Assembly: GCA_023229405.1 (NCBI GenBank)
Contig: JALNZH010000002.1
Coordinates: forward strand, 1-38,606
DNA from: Bacteroidota bacterium
GTDB taxonomy: Bacteria > Bacteroidota > Ignavibacteria > UBA10030 > UBA8401
Direction: 5' to 3'
DNA length: 38,606 bases
The position numbers and the translations under genes are program-made. The notes below the pieces were generated by a model. It searched no databases and was not told the origin of the DNA. It saw only the letters and a list, made by a program, of their open reading frames with translations. Position 1 is the stretch's first letter. The number at the start of each line of letters is the position of its first letter. Shown here in pieces: positions 25,931 to 35,453 of the stretch.

Positions 25931-28714
25931 ATGAAAACCAAACCGGTAATTTTAGTTGTCGATGATCAGATACAAAATATTGAACTTCTCGAAGTATATC
26001 TTATTCCGGAGGGATATGAAATTATCAAAGCGGAAAGTGGCGAAGAAGCGCTGGAAAAACTTTCTGCTCATCAAATCGATCTGATTCTGCTCGACATCAT
26101 TATGCCTGGTTTGGGAGGATTAGAAGTTATTCGCAGGATCAGGCAAGATAAGAAAATATGTCAGCTTCCGATAATTATAATTACCGTACAGTCAGAAACA
26201 GAAGATCGGATAAAAGGAATTAAAGCAGGTTGTGATGAATTTCTTTCATCACCATTTGATAAGACAGAGCTGTTAGCTCGGATTCAGTCTCTGTTAAAGG
26301 TTAAAGCCTATGACGACTTAATGAGTAATTACCAGAAAAAACTAGAGTCCGAGGTAGCCAAGAAAACCGATGAATTAAATCATGCCTTAGAGAATCTGAA
26401 GCAGGATATCACCGAGCGCAAGCAAGCCGAAGAAGCATTGTATGAAAGTGAACAACATTACCGTCTGCTGGTGGAATCCTTGCCCGATGGTGTGGTTGTC
26501 CACCGCCAAGGGCATGTTGTCTTTGCCAACCGTACATGTGCTACAATAATCGGGGCGGAGAGATCGGTTGATCTAATCGGAAAGTCTGTTATGGAATTTG
26601 TACATCCTGACTACCAAAAACTGGCATTACACCGCATCCAACAGTCTTTAAGAGATGGTGTTCCCATCCCTTTAATGGAAGAAAAATTTGTTCGGCTGGA
26701 CGGAACAGTGATTGACGTTGAGGTATCTGCTATTTCGTTTCCTTACGACGGTAAACCGGCAGTGCTCACAGTCTTTAACGACATCACCGAGCGCAAACAT
26801 GCTGAAGAAACCATTCTGGCAGAGAAAAACTTCAGCACAGCAATCATCGACAGTTTACCGGGTTTATTTTACATTTATGACGACAAAGGGAAATTCCTGC
26901 GTTGGAATAAAAACGTTGAAATCCTTTCGGGGTATTCATCCGATGAAATTTTGAATATGTCACCGCTGGACTTTTTTGAAGAACCAGACAAAACGTATAT
27001 AGCAGAAATAATTCGACAGGTATTTATTACAGGCAAAGATGCAACTGCAGATGTAGATTTTGTTTCCAAAAACAGAACTAAGACACGGTATTCTTTCTCC
27101 GGTAAAATATTTATGACTGAAGGAAAGCCGACGCTTATCGGAATAGCAATTGATATAGCAGAACGTAAGCGTGCAGAACAGGAACTGCTTAAAATTCGCC
27201 TGGGCATCGAGCGATCCTCTGATGCAATCTTTATGACAGATACTGTCGGTGTAATCCAATATGTTAATCCAGCATTTGAAAACATTTACGGTTATACTTC
27301 AAATGAAGCTTGCGGACAAACACCTCGAATCTTGAAATCAGGTAAAAATACTCTTTCATATTACTCACAATTATGGGATACGCTATTGTCGAAGAATGCG
27401 TTCACCGCTGAAATCAGTAATAAAACAAAAGGTGGTAGTCTTATTTCCGTTGAAGTTTCTAATAATCCCATACTCGACAAACAAGACAACATTATTGGAT
27501 TCATGGGCATTCATCGAGATATCACTTTGCGTAAACAATCGGAGGAAAAAGAAAAAAATTTAGAATCACAACTCAATCAAGCCCAAAAACTTGAAAGTAT
27601 CGGAACACTTTCCAGCGGCATTGCCCACGATTTCAACAACATTCTCGGCATCATTTTGGGCCATACCACTCTCTTGCAGCATCTTAGAGAAAATCCAAAG
27701 AAACTTTCACAAAGTATTGAGGCAATTATCAATGCAACACAGCGGGGCTCGTCGTTGGTGAAACAGCTTCTCACGTTTGCAAGGAAATCAGAAGTGATCT
27801 TTGAAACCGTATATATAAACGATATAATTACGGAAATCAATATACTTCTGCGGGAGACAATCCAAAAAAACATTGTCATCTCCACTTCTCTCCAACAGGA
27901 TTTACCAGCGATCGTTGCCGATGCCAGTCAGATACATCAAGTGTTGTTGAACCTTTGTGTGAATGCACGAGACGCAATGCCGAATGGCGGAACGCTTGCA
28001 ATTTCATCCAGCACCATCGAAGGTGAAGCTATAAAATTGCAATTCAAAAAAATCACTGCTCGGCTGTATGTCAAAATCGAAGTTGTCGATACGGGAATCG
28101 GTATGGATGAAGCAACCCGTCTGAGAATCTTTGAGCCATTCTTCACAACAAAAGGTCCCGGAAAAGGAACCGGCTTAGGTCTTTCAACGGTGTTTGGTAT
28201 TGTTGAACATCATAGCGGTTTCATCGATATCCGGAGCGTACTAGGAAAGGGGACGAGTTGTATTGTCTATCTCCCAATACCAGAACGCTCTCTTGAAGAA
28301 TTGGTGGTGGTCAAAAATGATTGCAAGGAAATACCCGGTGGAACAGAGACTATTTTGCTCATCGAAGATGAGGAACTGCTTAGGGAATTAGTGAATGCAA
28401 TCCTTGTCTCAAAGGGCTATACGATACTAATAGCAGTAGACGGCGTAGAGGGAGTAGAAATGTATAAGGGCCATCAAGAACAAATATCACTTGTACTCTC
28501 TGATCTAGGTCTTCCCTTGTTGGACGGCAGTGAGGTCTTCAAAAAAATTCGAGAGATTAACTCGAAAGCAAAAATAATTATCGCAAGCGGCTTTTTCAAT
28601 CCGGAGACGAAGTTGGAGATGGATAACGCCGGTTTAAATAATTTCATTCAGAAACCGTATATGCCCAACGAATTATTGCAAAAAATTCGTGATGCAATCG
28701 ACACACCTGAGTGA
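25931..28714 (+). CDS. Hybrid REC-(PAS)n-HisKA-HATPase-REC sensor kinase
   Basis: N-terminal receiver [22 protein letters not shown]. Several PAS units ([15 protein letters not shown].., ITERKHAEE.., IAERKRAEQ..). His[18 protein letters not shown]. HATPase [27 protein letters not shown]-terminal receiver [21 protein letters not shown]. Confidence 0.9.
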   Translation: MKTKPVILVVDDQIQNIELLEVYLIPEGYEIIKAESGEEALEKLSAHQIDLILLDIIMPGLGGLEVIRRIRQDKKICQLPIIIITVQSETEDRIKGIKAGCDEFLSSPFDKTELLARIQSLLKVKAYDDLMSNYQKKLESEVAKKTDELNHALENLKQDITERKQAEEALYESEQHYRLLVESLPDGVVVHRQGHVVFANRTCATIIGAERSVDLIGKSVMEFVHPDYQKLALHRIQQSLRDGVPIPLMEEKFVRLDGTVIDVEVSAISFPYDGKPAVLTVFNDITERKHAEETILAEKNFSTAIIDSLPGLFYIYDDKGKFLRWNKNVEILSGYSSDEILNMSPLDFFEEPDKTYIAEIIRQVFITGKDATADVDFVSKNRTKTRYSFSGKIFMTEGKPTLIGIAIDIAERKRAEQELLKIRLGIERSSDAIFMTDTVGVIQYVNPAFENIYGYTSNEACGQTPRILKSGKNTLSYYSQLWDTLLSKNAFTAEISNKTKGGSLISVEVSNNPILDKQDNIIGFMGIHRDITLRKQSEEKEKNLESQLNQAQKLESIGTLSSGIAHDFNNILGIILGHTTLLQHLRENPKKLSQSIEAIINATQRGSSLVKQLLTFARKSEVIFETVYINDIITEINILLRETIQKNIVISTSLQQDLPAIVADASQIHQVLLNLCVNARDAMPNGGTLAISSSTIEGEAIKLQFKKITARLYVKIEVVDTGIGMDEATRLRIFEPFFTTKGPGKGTGLGLSTVFGIVEHHSGFIDIRSVLGKGTSCIVYLPIPERSLEELVVVKNDCKEIPGGTETILLIEDEELLRELVNAILVSKGYTILIAVDGVEGVEMYKGHQEQISLVLSDLGLPLLDGSEVFKKIREINSKAKIIIASGFFNPETKLEMDNAGLNNFIQKPYMPNELLQKIRDAIDTPE

Positions 28715-30366
28715 TGCAAGATGCAGTTGTATTATTCCGTTTCCAAACTCTCAGAAGGTGCAAAAAACACGTACTGCCAAACTTCGTTCAGCCTTTGTTA
28801 ATATTATCTATGAATGACAGCGAAAATACATTCACTCGTTATGTGTCGAACATAAACTTTGTAAAGGGGAGAGAAGAGTATGTCCTTGCTGTCCTACTTT
28901 TTTGTATCGCATGGATAACGTGCAGTCTATTATATCTCCAAAATGAAAGCGCGTTGATGTATTTCGGCGACGCCGTTTCACACATTGTTCGCGCTCGTCA
29001 GTTCATTGATTCTCAACAGCTAGGCATTCTCAATATCGGCACAGTCTGGCTTCCGCTTCCACATCTTCTGTTGCTTCCATTTGTAGCATTCGACGCACTT
29101 TTCTATTCGGGAATTGCCGGAGCAGCAATCGGAATTCCATTTTTTGTCGGCACCGGGCTTCTACTATTTTCCATTGTCGAAGTACTCACCGACTCACGCT
29201 CAATCGCGTTCTTTGTTGCACTTCTGTTCGGACTGAATCCAAATATCATCTACATTGCGCTAACGCCGATGACTGAAATGTCGCTATTATTTTTTGTAAC
29301 ACTCGGTGGATTTGCATTGTTGAAATGGCTTCGTTCGGGAAAAGATCGATGGATTATTGTGTGTGCGTTAGCGGTCATGTGTGCAACACTCTGCCGTTAC
29401 GAAGCATGGCTTCTTGCTCCGTTTGTTTCATTCGTTGTTCTCTATGAAGGATGGCAATTATGGAATAAAGGAAAGAAATCTTCTGCGATAATGAACGTAT
29501 TGATCGCACCAATCGGTTGGTTTGGGATCGCTTTCTGGTTTGTCTGGAATTATGTTTATTACGGAGATGCATTGAAATTTGCACATTGGACATATTCCGT
29601 TGGGACGGACGCTGTTCGAATAACATTACATGATCGACCGCAGGAGATCATTCTCATTCTCGGTAAAGCGTTACTCTGGATTTTTGGACCGATGTTGTTG
29701 ATGGCAAGCGTACTTATCCTATTTTTTTTAAAAAAGGTATATGCGCGGAAAGAGCAATTGCTTCTTCTCCTGTTCTTTTCTCTTCCCGCATGGTTCGTCC
29801 TTGCGGCAATTCTTATCGGTTTTGTACAGATCGATCAATGGTGGTGGAACTGGAGATTTATTCTCACATTCGGATTATTCCTCTCCGTTGCAAGTGCGTT
29901 ATGTCTGCAAGAATTGTTTCAGAAGATTCGATCAAAGATCGTGCATGCTTTTGTTGTGATCTGTTTTTATGCAATGCCGTTTGTTCAGATTGCCGTACCA
30001 TCCGTTGGAGTGGCACTATTTAACGATGCATCAAAAAGTTTTGATTCGCGGTCGCGAACTGCCGCAGCACTGGGTGAAGAGATTCAAAAAAGATATAATG
30101 GCGGTTCTATTGCATTGCTGACAGGATACGGGGTCGGTCAACGGATTATGATCTCCAGCTGTTTACCCTTAAAAACGTTTAACGTAATGTATTTTTCCGG
30201 CGACACACTGCTTACTGTTGCTGATCGCTATATTGTTCTCGGAAAAGACCGAACGCCTGAATCGGAAGAGTTTTCACGCTATTGGATCTCAAATAAAGAA
30301 ACATTGCTCCGTTTGTACAATATTAGTTCGGAGGACAATTATTTTGTTCTGTTGGAACGAAAATAA
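28711..30366 (+). CDS. Polytopic membrane protein, GT-C fold (ArnT/PMT-like) glycosyltransferase candidate
   Basis: More than 10 hydrophobic segments. The overall pattern resembles 4-amino-L-arabinose/dolichyl-phosphate-mannose transferase-like proteins, but the family call is tentative. GTG 28711 overlaps the upstream stop (GTGA). Alternative ATGs at 28714 and 28810. Confidence 0.55.
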   Translation: MMQDAVVLFRFQTLRRCKKHVLPNFVQPLLILSMNDSENTFTRYVSNINFVKGREEYVLAVLLFCIAWITCSLLYLQNESALMYFGDAVSHIVRARQFIDSQQLGILNIGTVWLPLPHLLLLPFVAFDALFYSGIAGAAIGIPFFVGTGLLLFSIVEVLTDSRSIAFFVALLFGLNPNIIYIALTPMTEMSLLFFVTLGGFALLKWLRSGKDRWIIVCALAVMCATLCRYEAWLLAPFVSFVVLYEGWQLWNKGKKSSAIMNVLIAPIGWFGIAFWFVWNYVYYGDALKFAHWTYSVGTDAVRITLHDRPQEIILILGKALLWIFGPMLLMASVLILFFLKKVYARKEQLLLLLFFSLPAWFVLAAILIGFVQIDQWWWNWRFILTFGLFLSVASALCLQELFQKIRSKIVHAFVVICFYAMPFVQIAVPSVGVALFNDASKSFDSRSRTAAALGEEIQKRYNGGSIALLTGYGVGQRIMISSCLPLKTFNVMYFSGDTLLTVADRYIVLGKDRTPESEEFSRYWISNKETLLRLYNISSEDNYFVLLERK

Positions 30367-30713
30367 ATTTTTTTTTTCTGCGACGGGAAGGAATACGGTA
30401 ACATTGTTTCGTGATCGTAACCAATCAACGCTCCAACAACTCTACAGGTAATAACCGTTACAAATCCTTTGATGGAAGATCCATTGTCATTGAAATCGAA
30501 AATCGATTTTGCGGCGATTCCTCCGAGTAAGAGCCCGCCAAATCCCCCGAGTGCTGCATTAAATCTGTTATCGTTCTGGGAATAAATGAGTCGGGAGATT
30601 GATCCTGTTGGGACTGAAAGCTGCACTGAATCTTCACCGGATTCATCTACGACTGAATCACTTGATGCGTGAATAAGCGTCATGAGAATGACGGAAGAAT
30701 CTTTCAATTGCAT
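30339..30713 (-). CDS. Hypothetical small protein with a glycine-zipper segment
   Basis: ggagg sits immediately upstream of the ATG with only a 2-nt spacer. AALGGFGGLLLGGIAAKS glycine zipper. The 3' end overlaps the convergent CDS by 28 nt. Confidence 0.35.
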   Translation of the reverse strand: MQLKDSSVILMTLIHASSDSVVDESGEDSVQLSVPTGSISRLIYSQNDNRFNAALGGFGGLLLGGIAAKSIFDFNDNGSSIKGFVTVITCRVVGALIGYDHETMLPYSFPSQKKKIYFRSNRTK

Positions 30714-30998
30714 TACCTCCTAGTTCCTTGTATTTTTTTGATAGTATGAAATGAAAATTCATACAAGCGGTGGGTCCCATGAAAAGAAGCATCTCCATCG
30801 CAACATTCACGAATTTTTTCTTCCAGGCAGTGTCCTCACAATATTCATTCAATTTACCGGTTGATACGATCACATCTGGATCCATTATCGAAAAAAATTC
30901 TTTTCGCAAAAAAGGTCATGAGATAGTACAGAAGTTATCATTGCATCTTCGTCATTGACTACGGACATACCGATCTGAATTTTATTTTAACGTGGAAA

Positions 30999-31136
30999 AC
31001 CGCCGCCTCTGGCGGCGGTCATTAACAATTGGCTTCGCCTGTTAGAGCTTTGAAATAATTTGCGGTGGCGAAGCCACACATCGGGCGGAAAGCCATCGCC
31101 TATGGCGATGGATAGTCCGATGTGAGCAAATTATTT
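30999..31136. other. Cluster of five GC-rich stems in an AT-rich spacer (REP-like element or structured RNA)
   Basis: accgccgcc/ggcggcggt (30999-31007/31011-19). ggcttcgcc/ggcgaagcc (31031-39/31067-75). aaataatttgc/gcaaattattt (31053-63/31126-36). cacatcgg/ccgatgtg (31077-84/31117-24). ccatcgcc/ggcgatgg (31093-100/31104-11). Confidence 0.6.
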
Positions 31137-31330
31137 ACTTTTACGGTATTGAAGTTACTTCAGTAAGAAAATTAAAGGCATTTGTTGAGACAAAGAAGCT
31201 GGTTATGATGAGGTAGTGGAGGGAGCCTGGGAAAAATCAAACCATAAAATAGTATGAAATTTTTAATCAAATAAATCAGAGTGTGTTCCAGTACGCACTA
31301 AAACAAGCTCTGAACTGGTAAGCATGTAAA

Positions 31331-31531
31331 TTAAGAGCCAGTCCGGTTGTATATGACATTCTCTGCAATCCTTAAATTCACCTTGTAAAGGATGGTCTTT
31401 GAAGTGGGAATCGAGCTTTTTCCATTTGCTAGAGATTCAATAATTGCATGAAGCAAATCTATATTGTAACCACGCTTCAGGCATCGTTTATAGTCGGCAT
31501 TAAATTTTGATACTCGCCGTATAGAGACCAT
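31331..31531 (-). CDS. YafQ/RelE-family toxin remnant (66 aa, core and C-terminus missing)
   Basis: The N-terminus F.ADYKRCLKRGYNIDLLHAIIESLANGK and the end ILYKV..VIYNRTGS align by eye with the YafQ termini. About 26 central residues are absent. The start overlaps the antitoxin stop (TAATG). Confidence 0.55.
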   Translation of the reverse strand: MVSIRRVSKFNADYKRCLKRGYNIDLLHAIIESLANGKSSIPTSKTILYKVNLRIAENVIYNRTGS

Positions 31532-31788
31532 TACTTTGAAAGCTCCTGAAAAAGTGCTTTCGTTGACTTGAACTTCTTTCCGCGTCCTTTGCGACCTTCA
31601 GCAATCGCCGCGAGAGTTTCGTTGTTTGGTATCTTCACTTCAAACGGTATACCCCGCATTAATTCCACTTGCTTATAAAATACCGTTATCGCCTCAGTCG
31701 CACTAAGACCGACGGCAGAAAATATCTTTTCTACATTATGTTTTAAATTCGGTTCCATTCGTGCCTGTACCATTGCTGTTCGTGCCAT
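31531..31788 (-). CDS. RelB/DinJ-family antitoxin
   Basis: MVQARMEPNLKHNVEKIFSAVGLSATEAITVFYKQVELMRGIPFEVKIPN matches the DinJ ribbon-helix-helix N-terminus. RBS ggagag. Confidence 0.8.
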   Translation of the reverse strand: MARTAMVQARMEPNLKHNVEKIFSAVGLSATEAITVFYKQVELMRGIPFEVKIPNNETLAAIAEGRKGRGKKFKSTKALFQELSK

Positions 31789-32040
31789 AGAATTCTCTCC
31801 TTGTATTTCTTCAATGCATTACAAATGTAAGACAAAGTCAAACATTGCTGAATAAACAAAAAATATCCAAGTTTTATCGTTATTTGTCAGGGGAGCAGTG
31901 ATTCAAAGTCCGAGTAAAAAAGGTGTATACCGTTTTGTATACCAAACCTCAATTTTTATACACTTTGTCTGTGGGCGGGAAGAATTGTAGAACTTGATAA
32001 GTGTGGAACTGCAGAATTGTTTTTCGTAAGAAATGTTCTC

Positions 32041-32104
32041 TAAAACGACAATTTCACAATTACCCGGTTCAGCAATTGTGAAATTGTATTGTACTCCCAA
32101 CTGG
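32041..32104 (+). repeat. Repeat family copy C (3' part with hairpin)
   Basis: taaaacgacaatttcacaattacccggttcagcaattgtgaaattgtattgtactcccaactgg is homologous to 7791..7853. 12-bp hairpin at 32050-61/32074-85 with two compensatory pair changes relative to copy B. Confidence 0.8.
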
Positions 32105-32624
32105 AATCGAACCCGTGTTACAAGCTTGAAAAAATCCTCGTTAGACGTTTTTGAGTTAAATTCGTCACTTTAAGGTCGATTTTTAGGAGAGTTGTTAGCA
32201 GTCTGTTAGCAGATCGACGGCAACAATGAATTCAGTTTTAATATGCAACGCGGTAAAACAATTTGCACGATAAGAAATATTTCAATACACCTAAAATAGT
32301 ATCAGAGCAATTGACAGCAAGGCATAATGCAATCGGGAAAAACAAAAAGCCATGATTAATTAGGTGACGGCATACCATTGTAATTTTTGACTAACTATTT
32401 TTTCCGCTGATTGCTCTGCAACATATAATGATTCGAATAGACTGCTAATTACTCTAAAAGGTTCTTGATCTGACTCATACCAAACAGAAAATCATTTTTG
32501 TTCGTCATTATTGTGCCCTTGAATTTCCACTTTACGGTTTTTCTTTTCAGAATTGCACCAGGCACCTATTATTTAATAATTTATCAAACTTCATTTTGCC
32601 CACTTAACATATATCTGTTCAGAA

Positions 32625-33461
32625 TTATTGGTCGATTATTTTAGAGAAAGTGATACTCGATGCTAATTGCACAAAGAACCACGCGTCCAGAATAATATTT
32701 TGTCGAGCCATTCCACCTACCGGAAATCTTCCACCGCCTCGTCTGCTCTCGCGGCCCATTCCTCCGGGGGGTGTTCCACCCTCGGGTCTATCAGGTATCT
32801 CTTCTCTAACTTTCGAGTGGTCAAATATTCCAAGCTCAAATCCTATACAAATTGGGCTTGAAAGAGAAGAAATGTTATAAGGAACATCATGCGGTTCAAT
32901 TTTGCGAAAAGGAATTTTCATTTCGTACACAGCTTCTTCAAGTGAATCATTTAATGCAATGTCAATTCCATTTCTTAAATATTTTGAGAAACGGAATTTA
33001 TCGTCTTCTTCAGGATAGAGGATATCAAACTCGTGTAACATTTCGGAAAGCCGTTGCTTCATTATGTCTGAAAATTCACCCCCCATCATTTCCATAGGAG
33101 ATAAATTGCCATGTGTATAATTCATCATTCCAATCGGAAAACGAATGCCAAGTCGTTTCTTATTTTCACCTTCCGCATCGAACCAGATTGTAAAACCAAA
33201 CATCATTGCTTGCCGAAGCATTTTTTTTGTAGGGCGGAAAAGGATGTAGAGATAATCACTGTCATTTTGAAAGCCGTACGATATTTTTGCTCTCTGATCG
33301 TACGTTGTTGCTGTGACCCAATCGTTGATTTTTCCGTCGATCACAATTGATGAATCAGTCCACCGACTTGCGATTGGTGTTGATAAATTTGAACAACCTA
33401 TGAATGAACCAATAAGAAGGAGAAATAACGAAAGCGAAACTTTTGGAAGAATATTATTCAT
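32625..33461 (-). CDS. Lipoprotein, possibly with a CBM9/DOMON-like fold; Met- and Gly/Arg-rich C-terminal part
   Basis: Lipobox LLLIGSFIGCSN. SIVIDGKINDW resembles the start of CBM9/DOMON-like modules. Segments MEMMGGEF, RQAMMFGF and PEGGTPPGGMGRESRRGGGRFPVGGM. Confidence 0.6.
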   Translation of the reverse strand: MNNILPKVSLSLFLLLIGSFIGCSNLSTPIASRWTDSSIVIDGKINDWVTATTYDQRAKISYGFQNDSDYLYILFRPTKKMLRQAMMFGFTIWFDAEGENKKRLGIRFPIGMMNYTHGNLSPMEMMGGEFSDIMKQRLSEMLHEFDILYPEEDDKFRFSKYLRNGIDIALNDSLEEAVYEMKIPFRKIEPHDVPYNISSLSSPICIGFELGIFDHSKVREEIPDRPEGGTPPGGMGRESRRGGGRFPVGGMARQNIILDAWFFVQLASSITFSKIIDQ

Positions 33462-33506
33462 ACTAACAAACTTGGTCGGTTAAAAAGACTTTTGGCAATA
33501 TGTTCG

Positions 33507-33785
33507 TCATGCTTGAAATTGCCATTGAATTTTTTGCATCACAACTATTTCGATATCTCTTTCCGCTAGATCAATTGATTCATATTGCCCCCATTTCACA
33601 TCAGGGGTGTTCAATCCAATTTCAAACCATACCAAGAACAATTTATCCTTACAATGTTCATCCATGGTTATCACATCGGTTTTCTGTGTTAGAGAAGCAT
33701 TTTCTTCACATTCAATCCACACTTTCCGTTTTAGACCTTCATTATTGTGCCAAATACCTTCTTTAATTTTATAAGTAGTGTTCAT
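33507..33785 (-). CDS. Hypothetical cytoplasmic protein (92 aa)
   Basis: Its start abuts the stop of the upstream gene (33786), consistent with operon membership. No family recognised. Confidence 0.45.
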   Translation of the reverse strand: MNTTYKIKEGIWHNNEGLKRKVWIECEENASLTQKTDVITMDEHCKDKLFLVWFEIGLNTPDVKWGQYESIDLAERDIEIVVMQKIQWQFQA

Positions 33786-34493
33786 TTACTCTCCAATTCC
33801 ACGTGGTCTCATCTGAAATTTCCGCTGTTGTTCCAGCGTCAAGATAGATTCCAACTCCTTTTGTGTTGAATCGAAGAATATCATCATTCCTGGGTGCGGC
33901 AATGAATCGCGGGGAAAGAAAACCCTTCCGTCTCTAATCCTCCCCGGTAACGAATCACGGAAAAAATCGCTCCTTTCCATCCCAATTTTAAACTGCACCG
34001 AATCGTGAAAAGCAAGAAATCTTGTTGGTCCCTTTTTAATCTGTTTTTCTTTTTCACTGAATAGTTGTGTCAACTGCTGTTGTTGTTTTTCTGTCAACTG
34101 TAAATAATCTTTCAACATTGCTACACGCATCGCAATTGAGTTTTTCGACATTATTTCCATACGCTCACTGAACTTTTTTTTCTGAGCATCATTTAAAACT
34201 GGCGTAATTTCTTCTTCTAGCCGACGCAGGACGAGTAATGTTGGATCTGACATGATTTGAACAGCTTTAGGCGGCGGGAAATGAGAGGCAAGAATACTAT
34301 CGATACGCGATTGTTGTTGTTCGTTCAAATCCAATTCTTTCTTCAGAATGCTGCTGATGCGTTCTTGTGGCGGCAATCGCCAGAACTCCTGTTCACGCTC
34401 TGCTCGGAAGAGAGAATCACCAATAACACCGATCATAATTCCGATGATAAGTGTTCCAGAAAACATTAGGACAGTTTTTAGTTTTGTGTTCAT
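33786..34493 (-). CDS. Membrane-anchored periplasmic LTXXQ-motif (Spy/CpxP/ZraP-like) protein
   Basis: N-terminal TM VLMFSGTLIIGIMIGVIG. Repeated L(N/T)xxQ motifs: LNEQQQSRI, LNDAQKKKF, LTEKQQQQL, LTLEQQRKF. Confidence 0.7.
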   Translation of the reverse strand: MNTKLKTVLMFSGTLIIGIMIGVIGDSLFRAEREQEFWRLPPQERISSILKKELDLNEQQQSRIDSILASHFPPPKAVQIMSDPTLLVLRRLEEEITPVLNDAQKKKFSERMEIMSKNSIAMRVAMLKDYLQLTEKQQQQLTQLFSEKEKQIKKGPTRFLAFHDSVQFKIGMERSDFFRDSLPGRIRDGRVFFPRDSLPHPGMMIFFDSTQKELESILTLEQQRKFQMRPRGIGE

Positions 34494-34497
34494 ACGT

Positions 34498-34908
34498 TCA
34501 TCTCTGAAAAGTGTCTATCTGTGTAATATCAGCTGTTTCCCAAAACGAAAAATGAAACAATGCATCAAGCGAAATGCTTTGTGTAACATGCAAATTATAC
34601 GTGCTCAATATTACCAGCAGCAGGGATCCAATAACAACGACTCTTCGAAATGCCCACAGCAGCGATTCCCAATATTCTTGTTTACTGATAATATTTTTTG
34701 ATATGCGATACAGTAATTCTTCAATGAACCGTTCTGAAAATGATTGGACGGATAATTCTTGTAATACCGTTCTTAATTTCTCTATCTGGCGATGCTCTTC
34801 AGATAGTTCAGCGGTAGATATCAAGGCTTTGTTCAATAAAGATTGTTCTTCCAATGAAAGAGCAGCATCGAATGAACGATACAACAGAGTAGTAATTGAA
34901 GTGTTCAT
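34498..34908 (-). CDS. Putative anti-sigma factor (single-pass membrane protein)
   Basis: Lies 8 nt downstream of the ECF sigma gene. One TM (RRVVVIGSLLLVILSTY). No HxxxCxxC motif, so the call is by position only. Confidence 0.45.
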   Translation of the reverse strand: MNTSITTLLYRSFDAALSLEEQSLLNKALISTAELSEEHRQIEKLRTVLQELSVQSFSERFIEELLYRISKNIISKQEYWESLLWAFRRVVVIGSLLLVILSTYNLHVTQSISLDALFHFSFWETADITQIDTFQR

Positions 34909-34916
34909 AAAGTCTC

Positions 34917-35453
34917 TCAGATTAATGGCTTCAAAATTCCCCGCAGTTTTTGTTGCGCTCTGGCGAGTCGTGATAAGACGGTGCCAACCGGAACGTTGAG
35001 CAGTTTTGCAGTCTCTTCTGTCGAGTAGCCGTCGATCAAGCGGAGAATAACAACAGCGCGAAATTCCGGTGAAATTTGAAGTAGAGCATTCTGCAATATT
35101 TCTTTCACGTCGTTTGTTTCATTTAGTGATGTCATAAGAATTGTGCTGTCAGATACTTCGTCAGATAACGGAATAAAAAATAAGAATTTCCTCTTACGTC
35201 TCTTCAGTTCGTTCAACGAAAGATTGATTGCGATGCGTGTAAGATACGTGCCGAGAGATGATTCTTCCCGGAATGCTGAGAGTGCATGGTAAAAACGGAT
35301 AAATACTTCCTGTCCGATATCTTCGGCATCGTCTTTGTTACCCAACATTCCTTTAACCGTTGCGGCAACCCTCGATTCATACCGTTGTACCAGTTCTTCA
35401 AACGCTCTCTGATCACCCGTTCGAGCAAGATGCAATAATTCTTTTTCGGTCAC
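34917..35453 (-). CDS. ECF-type RNA polymerase sigma-70 family factor
   Basis: Region 2 AFEELVQRYESRVAATVKGMLGNKDDAEDIGQEVFIRFY. Region 4 HTH GYSTEETAKLLNVPVGTVLSRLARAQQKL. GTG start. Confidence 0.88.
   Translation of the reverse strand: MTEKELLHLARTGDQRAFEELVQRYESRVAATVKGMLGNKDDAEDIGQEVFIRFYHALSAFREESSLGTYLTRIAINLSLNELKRRKRKFLFFIPLSDEVSDSTILMTSLNETNDVKEILQNALLQISPEFRAVVILRLIDGYSTEETAKLLNVPVGTVLSRLARAQQKLRGILKPLI

Noticed and set aside
30658-30958. Overlapping ORFs 30658..30909 (-) and 30770..30958 (+)
   Set aside because: They are mutually overlapping and also overlap 30339..30713. They have no RBS or recognisable motifs. I cannot decide whether any is real, so they are not reported as features.
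32086-32175. Possible minus-strand tRNA gene
   Set aside because: Only a T-arm-like segment with one stem mismatch is present. No acceptor 5' strand, D-arm or anticodon arm can be formed from the upstream about 70 nt.
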